A DNA stretch of 32,000 nucleotides, taken from positions 240,001-272,000 of the forward strand of contig FP565575.1 of the NCBI GenBank assembly GCA_000091165.1. Reading direction: 5' to 3'. The position numbers were made by a program, and so were the translations under genes. Positions 25,622-32,000 of the stretch are shown in pieces (the stretch's first letter is position 1; every line of letters begins with the position of its first letter). Source of the stretch: Candidatus Methylomirabilis oxygeniifera (GTDB lineage Bacteria > Methylomirabilota > Methylomirabilia > Methylomirabilales > Methylomirabilaceae). Under the pieces are notes generated by a model. The model made no database searches and had not been told where the DNA came from. It saw nothing but the letters and a program-made list of their open reading frames with translations.

Positions 25622-27202
25622 ATGAGGATCGGCATTTATAATCACTGGCTGTCCACGCTGGGTGGAGGCGAGAAGGTGACTGCGGCGATGGCTGAAGCGC
25701 TCAGTCATCATTATCAGGTAGACCTTATTGGTCCGGAGCGGGTCCCGAGATCGCAGATCGAAGATCGCATCAACGTGGATCTGGGCAAGGTTGATGTCAA
25801 GGTCATCAACATCATGGAGCGGACGCCGTCCTTCACCAAAGAGTACGATCTGTTCATCAATGCCACACACGGGGCCATTCTGCCGACCATGTGCAAGCGG
25901 AATATCCTCTATGTGTACTTTCCGATCAGACTGGTCGGCGGATCGCTGCTCAAGCGGACACTCAAAGCGTTCCTGTTCCGCCGGTTTCGGTATGGACATC
26001 CTCTCGAAGGGCTCTATCCTGCAGACCGGGCTCAGGGAACGGTCTTATGGTGGACAGGACCGTACGCCAATCTCCGGGTGCCGCTGCCGAAGTCCTCTCA
26101 TCCGCTTGCCCTTGAGCTGACGATTCGCGGCTATCGAACCGCCCACGCCTCACCGGCTCGGATCCGCCTGAGAATCTGCGGTGAGGAGGTCTCAGAGGCG
26201 CTGCCTGCGCTCTCGCCTCACGACTTCAGTCGCATCCGCATCCCGATCCCGAGGCACGGGACGCAGCAGGAGTGCATCGAGGCCGAAATCTTTGCGGATA
26301 CCTTTTGCCCGGCCACCGAGGGATCTTCGACTGATGTGCGGGAGCTTGGTGTCATGCTGGGGTGGGCGCGATCGACAAACGGCTTTGAGCCTCTTCACTG
26401 GCTCCTCTCGAAGCTCATTCCGGACGTTGACATGCGACTTCAGAATCAGGTCGAACTTCTCTCCGGCCAACTGCACCTGGAGCGCTACCAAACCATCTGC
26501 GCCGTCTCACGGTACACTCAGCGCTGGATCGAGCGGTACTGGAGGCGGGAGAGCGACCTGCTCTATCCGCCCGTCGACGGCGCGTCCGGCGAGACGCGCG
26601 CGAAGCGGAACGTCATCTTGAGCGTCGGTCGTTTCTTTGACGGGCATCACAACAAGAAGCACTTTGAGATGGTCAAGGCATTTCAGGAGATGTGCGATGC
26701 CGGGCTCAGGGGATGGGAGCTGATCCTGGTCGGCGGGACCCACGGGGAGGAGATCCACCAGACCTACCTTGAGCGGCTGAAGCAGGCCTGCGTGGGATAT
26801 CCCATCTCGATCCTCACCGATATCCCTTTCGTCACGATCAAGGAGCTGTATGCCACGAGCGCGCTGTACTGGCATGCCACCGGTTATGACGAGGATGAAT
26901 CGAGGGTCCCTGAGCGGCTTGAGCATTTCGGCATGGCCACGGTCGAGGCGATGGCGGCGGGGTGCGTGCCGGTAGTGATCGGAAAGGCCGGGCAGATCGA
27001 GATCATCGAGGACGGCCGAAGCGGTTTTCTCTGGAATACGCTGGATGACCTGAAGCGGCATTCCCTCACACTGATCCGCGATGAACGCCTGAGACGGCGT
27101 CTTGCCGAGGGCGCCGTCACGCGAAGTCGCGACTTCAGTCGGGACGTCTTTGTCGCGAACGTGTTGAAAACGGTTGAGCGAACCCTCTCCAAGCCGGCGT
27201 GA
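25622..27202 (+). CDS. Glycosyltransferase family 4 with a large N-terminal/central extension
   Basis: MRIGIYNHWLSTLGGGEKV N-terminus. C-terminal GT1/GT4 domain SVGRFFDGHHNKKH...EHFGMATVEAMAAGCVPVVIGKAGQIEIIEDGRSGFLW. Confidence 0.85.
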   Translation: MRIGIYNHWLSTLGGGEKVTAAMAEALSHHYQVDLIGPERVPRSQIEDRINVDLGKVDVKVINIMERTPSFTKEYDLFINATHGAILPTMCKRNILYVYFPIRLVGGSLLKRTLKAFLFRRFRYGHPLEGLYPADRAQGTVLWWTGPYANLRVPLPKSSHPLALELTIRGYRTAHASPARIRLRICGEEVSEALPALSPHDFSRIRIPIPRHGTQQECIEAEIFADTFCPATEGSSTDVRELGVMLGWARSTNGFEPLHWLLSKLIPDVDMRLQNQVELLSGQLHLERYQTICAVSRYTQRWIERYWRRESDLLYPPVDGASGETRAKRNVILSVGRFFDGHHNKKHFEMVKAFQEMCDAGLRGWELILVGGTHGEEIHQTYLERLKQACVGYPISILTDIPFVTIKELYATSALYWHATGYDEDESRVPERLEHFGMATVEAMAAGCVPVVIGKAGQIEIIEDGRSGFLWNTLDDLKRHSLTLIRDERLRRRLAEGAVTRSRDFSRDVFVANVLKTVERTLSKPA

Positions 27203-27236
27203 GCCTCCGCCGCGCGGATCTGGGGGGGGCAGTCTG

Positions 27237-29237
27237 ATGATGACCTGGGAGGGTAAGGGGTGGAGGGCGTATGCCAACTTTCTTCTCGTGAGATTTCAGC
27301 GCAGCCGGAAGAGCACACGAGTGTATGGCCGCCCCTATGCATTGACCCTGGATCCCTCGAGCTACTGTAATCTTCGCTGCCCCTTCTGTCCCACCGGCCA
27401 GCGAAATCACCTGCGTTCCTCCGCGCACCTTCCCCTCGATCGCTTCAAGCGCCTGATGGACGAGCTGGGTCCGTACCTGTTCTGGGTGGAACTGTACAAT
27501 TGGGGCGAACCCTTTCTCAACCGCGACCTTATTCCGATGCTCGAGTATATGGCGCGCTACCGGATCGCGTCGGTTATCAGCACCAATCTTGATTTTCCGC
27601 TCTCTGAGGAGTTGATCGAACAGCTTGTGGCGAGCGGTTTATCGACGCTCATCGTCTCGGCGGACGGGGTCTCGCAGGAGGCATACGAACGGTATCGGGT
27701 CGGCGGACACCTCGAGCGGGTCCTGGGCAACATGAAGATGATTGCGGCGGCGAAGCAGCGGGTTGGGTCGGCCGTCCCAAGGATCGTCTGGAGGTTCCTC
27801 GTCTTCCGCCACAACGAGCATGAGATCGAACAGGCCAGAAGCATGGCCGAGGAGATGGGGGTCGAGCTTGAGCTGGGCGCCCCGTACGTGGCGATTGCGC
27901 AGGAGTCGTACCGCGACTGGATCTCAACCATTCCTCAGTTCAACCTCTACCCCTCGGTGACGTCCGGGGTTCAGACGGAGCCTGCTCCCCCCGCTCAGCC
28001 AAACCCGGCCTCCGATGCCTGCGACTGGCTCTGGATGTCGGCGGCGGTCAATGCCAACGAATCGGTGTCCCCCTGTTGCGGCATCTGGGAGGAGCGCCAC
28101 GATTTCGGCCGGATCGGCGCGGGAGGATTTCGGACGCTGTGGAACGGTGAAAGCTACCGTGCCGCCCGTACGTTTATGCGAATCGGCGTCTCAAGCGGAT
28201 TGAATTTGATCTGCGAACAGTGCCCTTTCCCGAATCTCTGGAAACACGCCTCTCATTTCGATCCGTTGATCCTGGAGAGTTTTTCGACGCGCCTCCCGGG
28301 ATTCATGAGGAATACCGTGCTCCGATGGGTGGGGGCGGAGTCATCGTCGTCTACTCAACGGAAGAAGAAGGAAAGAGCGGGGGATCATCGCCTTCAGCGA
28401 TCCCGGATCTACCCGCTGATACCGGCGCCCTCCTCCTGGATGGAGTCGCTCATGGTCAGGTGCCGACGCGGGGGGATCGCTTTCTGCCCTGTATGCGGCA
28501 GGTATGGGACGCTGACCGTCGAACACGACAATCTCCGCGAAACTGTCCGGTGTTCCCGCTGCGGAGCGGTCAACCGGCAACGCCAGCTTGCGCACGTGGC
28601 CTGCGCAAGTCTCTCGACGGTTCTGGGGTATAAGATCACGTCGCTGAGGCAGCTTGCCTCCGATGACGAGATTGTGATCTACAATATGAAGGCCGGCGGT
28701 CCGGTTCATGTCGCCTTATCCGGGGCCAGACGCTACCTGTGCGGCGAGTATATCGGTCCGGAGTATCAAATCGGCGCCATCGTGAATGGGGTGGTGCATC
28801 AGGATCCGGCGCGGCTGCCGTATCCCGACGGCAGCATCGATCTGGTCCTCTCGTCGGACGTGTTCGGACATATCCCGCATCCGTACGCGGCTCATCGCGA
28901 GGTCTACCGGGTGTTGCGAGAGGGCGGACGCCATATATTCACCGTCCCGTTCTACCAGACTGAGTTCTCCGATGAGACCCGGGTGACGGTCGGCGAGGAC
29001 GGGGCCCCTCTCTTCGTCAGAGAGCCGCTCTATCACCATGATCCGATCCGGCCGGGCCGGACAGCCCTGGTCTACACGATCTTCGCGTTGGAGATGCTGC
29101 TGAAGCTGGATCAGATCGGGTTCAGGACGAATCTGTATCGGCTGCGAAAGCCGTTGCGTGGCCTCCCGGGTCAGAACGGGCTCGTATTCGAGGCCGTGAA
29201 GGTCGCCGCCGGAGACGCGGGGTTTCGACTTCCCTGA
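27237..29237 (+). CDS. Fusion: radical SAM domain (with C-terminal Cys-rich SPASM/twitch-like region) + Zn-ribbon + class I SAM-dependent methyltransferase
   Basis: CNLRCPFCPTG (CX3CX2C, 27366-27389). Cys cluster CDWLW...SPCCGIW...CEQCPFPN. CPVCG...CSRCG (28485-28562). Methyltransferase block LPYPDGSIDLVLSSDVFGHIPHPYAAHREVYRVLREGGRHIFTVPF. ATG ATG at 27237. Confidence 0.8.
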   Translation: MMTWEGKGWRAYANFLLVRFQRSRKSTRVYGRPYALTLDPSSYCNLRCPFCPTGQRNHLRSSAHLPLDRFKRLMDELGPYLFWVELYNWGEPFLNRDLIPMLEYMARYRIASVISTNLDFPLSEELIEQLVASGLSTLIVSADGVSQEAYERYRVGGHLERVLGNMKMIAAAKQRVGSAVPRIVWRFLVFRHNEHEIEQARSMAEEMGVELELGAPYVAIAQESYRDWISTIPQFNLYPSVTSGVQTEPAPPAQPNPASDACDWLWMSAAVNANESVSPCCGIWEERHDFGRIGAGGFRTLWNGESYRAARTFMRIGVSSGLNLICEQCPFPNLWKHASHFDPLILESFSTRLPGFMRNTVLRWVGAESSSSTQRKKKERAGDHRLQRSRIYPLIPAPSSWMESLMVRCRRGGIAFCPVCGRYGTLTVEHDNLRETVRCSRCGAVNRQRQLAHVACASLSTVLGYKITSLRQLASDDEIVIYNMKAGGPVHVALSGARRYLCGEYIGPEYQIGAIVNGVVHQDPARLPYPDGSIDLVLSSDVFGHIPHPYAAHREVYRVLREGGRHIFTVPFYQTEFSDETRVTVGEDGAPLFVREPLYHHDPIRPGRTALVYTIFALEMLLKLDQIGFRTNLYRLRKPLRGLPGQNGLVFEAVKVAAGDAGFRLP

Positions 29238-29295
29238 TGCGCCGAGCCGTATCGATCCCCCCGGATCCGTCGGAGGCAGTCAGCGCGGAGACGCG

Positions 29296-30759
29296 ATGAT
29301 GCAGACCCTCAAGCCCCCTCTGGTGTCGGTCGTTATCGTAAACTACAACGGCCTGCATTTTCTCGGCCCGTGCCTGACCTCTCTGGAGCGGCTTCATTAT
29401 CCGCGAGAGCGGTACGAGGTGATCCTGGTCGACAATGCCTCGAGCGACGGATCGATCCCCTATGTGCGAACGCAATTTCCGTGGGTGACGATCGTTCGGA
29501 ACGCAGCGAACCTCGGCTTTGCAGGAGGCAACAATGCGGGCATCCGGGCGGCCAAAGGCGCGTACCTTGCCCTCCTCAACAACGACACGCGGGTCGATCG
29601 GGACTGGCTCGCCGCCCTCGTCGAGGTCTGTGAGGCCGATCCGCTCGTGGGGGCCTGCACATCCAAGATCCTGCTGATGAAGGATCGGCTGCGGCTTCGT
29701 CTCGAGACCGATGCCTTCACACCAAGCGGTCTTGGCGTGTCTGCAGACTCGCGTGAGCTGGGCGTCATCGTAGAGCAGGCCGCAGTGCGCAGCGGCGATG
29801 CGGCAAGGCCGGTGGACTTCGTCGAGGGGTTCTACGGGGAGGAGCTGGTCGGGGAGCGGCGTTACCGGTGGTCGAGCGGTCGAGCGATCCTCGGTCTTCC
29901 CATCTCTCCGGACGACCGGGCGTTGAGCCTCGTACTGTCCGTCTCGAACCCCCGTCCGTCGGGTGCGCCGACCGCCCCGGTGTCCCTGTGGGTCGGTGAG
30001 GAGCGGATCGCGCAGTTCGACGCCGCGTTCGAGCCGCGGACCTATGAGGTTCCGCTTGCAGAGGCGATCCTGCGCCAGGCGCGACAGGTCATCCAGAATG
30101 CCGGTTCTCTCCTGCTCCCGGATGGTTCAGGTCGTGATCGGGGTGCCCTGGTCAGGAACGGACAGCAGAGCTTTGAAGAGAACCACGGCCAGTACGATCG
30201 GACGGAGGAGGTCTTTGCGCTGTGTGGGGCTGCGGTCCTCCTGCGGCGGACGATGCTGGACGACGTCGGGCTGCTTGATGACGAGTTCTTCATGTACTAT
30301 GAGGACACCGATCTGGCATGGCGAGCCCGGCTCAGGGGGTGGAAGATTATGTATGCCCCGGGTGCGGTGGTGCGCCACGTCCATTGTGGGTCCAGCATCG
30401 AATGGTCGCCCCTCTTTACCTTCCACGTGCTCCGCAATCGACTGGCCATGCTGCTGAAAGACGCCCCTGCCGGGATGGCGGCGAGGGAATGGAGACAATT
30501 TCTGCTTTCCCTTCTGATACAGGGAATGAAGCTCTCCGCGCATTGCGCTCGGGGCGGCGGTCGCCGGGTGACCCCCCTGTGGCAGGACGTCGGCGTGAGA
30601 GCCCGGGTCGCGCGATCGCTTATGATGTCCCTGCCAGGCCTCTACCGGAAACGCAGGACGATTCGTGGGGCGGCGCGGGTCGGGGACGAGGCGATCATGC
30701 GATGGATATGCGATCCGGACAGGACCGTATATCCATCGAGAAGTAAAAAAATCACTTGA
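29296..30759 (+). CDS. Glycosyltransferase family 2 with a central insertion of about 150 aa
   Basis: VSVVIVNYNGLHFLGPCLTSL...VILVDNASSDGS...LALLNNDTRV, then FMYYEDTDLAWRARLRGW, separated by a non-canonical segment. Confidence 0.85.
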   Translation: MMQTLKPPLVSVVIVNYNGLHFLGPCLTSLERLHYPRERYEVILVDNASSDGSIPYVRTQFPWVTIVRNAANLGFAGGNNAGIRAAKGAYLALLNNDTRVDRDWLAALVEVCEADPLVGACTSKILLMKDRLRLRLETDAFTPSGLGVSADSRELGVIVEQAAVRSGDAARPVDFVEGFYGEELVGERRYRWSSGRAILGLPISPDDRALSLVLSVSNPRPSGAPTAPVSLWVGEERIAQFDAAFEPRTYEVPLAEAILRQARQVIQNAGSLLLPDGSGRDRGALVRNGQQSFEENHGQYDRTEEVFALCGAAVLLRRTMLDDVGLLDDEFFMYYEDTDLAWRARLRGWKIMYAPGAVVRHVHCGSSIEWSPLFTFHVLRNRLAMLLKDAPAGMAAREWRQFLLSLLIQGMKLSAHCARGGGRRVTPLWQDVGVRARVARSLMMSLPGLYRKRRTIRGAARVGDEAIMRWICDPDRTVYPSRSKKIT

Positions 30760-30800
30760 CAGGTGTGAAATGCCATGATAGGAAAACGCTACTAAGAAAG

Positions 30801-30816
30801 TGGCGTGCAGGCTGCT
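30801..30816 (+). promoter_or_regulatory. Candidate sigma-54 (-24/-12) promoter upstream of the IPTL-CTERM protein gene
   Basis: TGGCGTGcaggcTGCT, with GG-N10-GC spacing matching TGGCACG-N4-TTGCW. 76 nt upstream of ATG 30892. Confidence 0.4.
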
Positions 30817-30891
30817 GTAGGGCACTGAGACGGTATGTGCATTGGCGATGCTGCATGAGAGGCTATGGCTGCCGGGGAGAGGAGGACGAGT

Positions 30892-31791
30892 ATGATCCGT
30901 TATAAGGGCGCGAAACGGTGGTTCCTACAAGGGTGCCTTACAGCGTCTTTGCTCCTCACGGTCATGGTGCGACCGGGTACGGCGGTGATGCAGTCGGATA
31001 TCCACATCTCGGACAATGGAACCGTGTATTGGGCGCAGCGCAACGACGGTTCTTCCGGGAAGGTGCGGGTGACCACCGTCGGTCTTGGGGCCAGCACCGG
31101 CGCGATCAATACGAGCGCAGCGCTGGCGCAGGATGGGACGCTGACCGCCAGCGGAACGGTGAATCCGTTGTTTGCGCTTGGCAATGTGCGGCGGACCGGA
31201 ATCTTTGCGTGCACCATTCCGGGAACGTTCGATCCGTCCGCTAATTCAGGGAATGGATCGTGGAATGTGGGTGGATCTGTGATCAACGGCTTTAGTGATG
31301 TGCCAAACCTGACCGATCTCTCCAACAACTTGGGTGGGGTTCCATCCGCTCAAACCGGAGTGAATCAGTTCGGATTCAACACTGCCACCCCAACGACCTC
31401 TATCGCAAAGGGTGCCCCAACCCCTTCTGACGGGTTTACGCTGAACACCGGTGAATGCGTGATCTACGTCCTCAATAGTGCATCTTTGCTCACCCCGGGG
31501 ACCACGCTGACCGGTGCAGGCGCGTCTGCCGGATTCATGGATAACTTCATTACCGGGACCGTGCAGTTGACGACCGGGAAGACGGATACTGTGGCGAAGT
31601 TCCTTCCCACCACCACCACGACGACGACTACGACGACGACGACTACGACGACGACCACCACGACCACCACGACGACGACAATCCCCCCGCCGACGATTCC
31701 AACGACTGGAGAGTGGGGGATGATGATTTTCGGGGCGGCGCTGCTCGGATTTATGGCCTGGATGACCCAAGCCAGGCGGTCGATTAAGTAG
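30892..31791 (+). CDS. Secreted protein with a 24-Thr linker and an IPTL-CTERM (PEP-CTERM-like) sorting signal
   Basis: N-terminal signal-like MIRYKGAKRWFLQGCLTASLLLTVMVRPGTAVM. T24 at 31609-31680. C-terminus IPTTGEWGMMIFGAALLGFMAWMTQARRSIK (IPTx-EWG motif + TM + basic tail). ATG 30892 follows GAGAGGAGGA. ATG 30865 is an alternative. Confidence 0.8.
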   Translation: MIRYKGAKRWFLQGCLTASLLLTVMVRPGTAVMQSDIHISDNGTVYWAQRNDGSSGKVRVTTVGLGASTGAINTSAALAQDGTLTASGTVNPLFALGNVRRTGIFACTIPGTFDPSANSGNGSWNVGGSVINGFSDVPNLTDLSNNLGGVPSAQTGVNQFGFNTATPTTSIAKGAPTPSDGFTLNTGECVIYVLNSASLLTPGTTLTGAGASAGFMDNFITGTVQLTTGKTDTVAKFLPTTTTTTTTTTTTTTTTTTTTTTTTIPPPTIPTTGEWGMMIFGAALLGFMAWMTQARRSIK

Positions 31792-31820
31792 CCATCGCAA
31801 CGGACTATTCGATCGGTATG

Positions 31821-31853
31821 AAAAAGCGGGGCGATACGCCCCGCTTTTTCTTT
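31821..31853 (+). terminator. Rho-independent terminator (bidirectional shape)
   Basis: AAAAA GCGGGGCG ata CGCCCCGC TTTTTCTTT. Confidence 0.8.
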
Positions 31854-31917
31854 GTCAACCGTTCTTGATCTCCACAGTCCCATTCCGCCTATGGTAGCGT
31901 CAACCGATGAACCGGAG

Positions 31918-32000
31918 ATGGACACACGCCGTGGACGGATCGAGGTTATCAGTACCGCTGTTGTCCTCGCCCTGATCTACGGAGTACTCCTTTGGCAGTT
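31918..32000 (+). CDS. Possible 5' end of a membrane protein gene (runs off the window)
   Basis: ATG 31918 opens MDTRRGRIEVISTAVVLALIYGVLLWQ..., open to the window end. Only 27 codons are visible and the SD spacing is weak. Confidence 0.3.
   Translation, partial: MDTRRGRIEVISTAVVLALIYGVLLWQ

Noticed and set aside
24962-25999. 345-aa minus-strand ORF opposite the GT4 coiled-coil tail
   Set aside because: Ser/Arg/Ala-rich translation of the antisense of a repeat-containing coiled-coil region. The plus-strand frame is continuous with a bona fide GT4 domain.

Overview
Bacterial (diderm) chromosome segment of roughly 60% GC, in three parts. (1) nt 1-17970 is a co-directional plus-strand envelope/LPS-core cluster: GT4 (5' partial), polyprenyl-phosphate sugar transferase, SDR epimerase, heptose-7-P kinase, pyrG, kdsA, msbA, GT2, a WaaL-like ligase fused to a GT9 heptosyltransferase, kdsD, an ArnT/PMT-like GT, kdsC, then metK and a secreted FKBP isomerase. 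Most spacers in this cluster hold arrays of 7-nt tandem repeats, often as two opposed arrays that can fold into a hairpin, plus C5-6/TTTNNNAAA/G5-6 palindromes. One heptamer array sits in frame inside the first GT gene, and two genes (pyrG, kdsC) share a repeat-borne leader carrying the ribosome-binding site. (2) nt 17971-23610 is a patchwork of relics and small modules: degraded BrnT/BrnA, a Rex C-terminal fragment, an ATGA-coupled pair of small uncharacterised genes, and a HigB/HigA-like pair bracketed by about 150-bp direct repeats. It ends with a visibly lower-GC ahcY on the minus strand, with its own promoter and terminator, lying next to a 60-nt relic of a different, high-GC ahcY on the plus strand. 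(3) nt 23680-31860 is an exopolysaccharide-type locus: a GT4 with a coiled-coil tail containing three perfect 54-bp repeats, a second GT4, a radical-SAM/Zn-ribbon/methyltransferase fusion, a GT2, and an IPTL-CTERM (PEP-CTERM-like) secreted protein with a 24-Thr run. Sigma-54-type -24/-12 motifs precede the first GT and the IPTL-CTERM gene. I recognised no rRNA, tRNA, CRISPR array or transposase gene. All family assignments come from reading motifs by eye; no database search was run.
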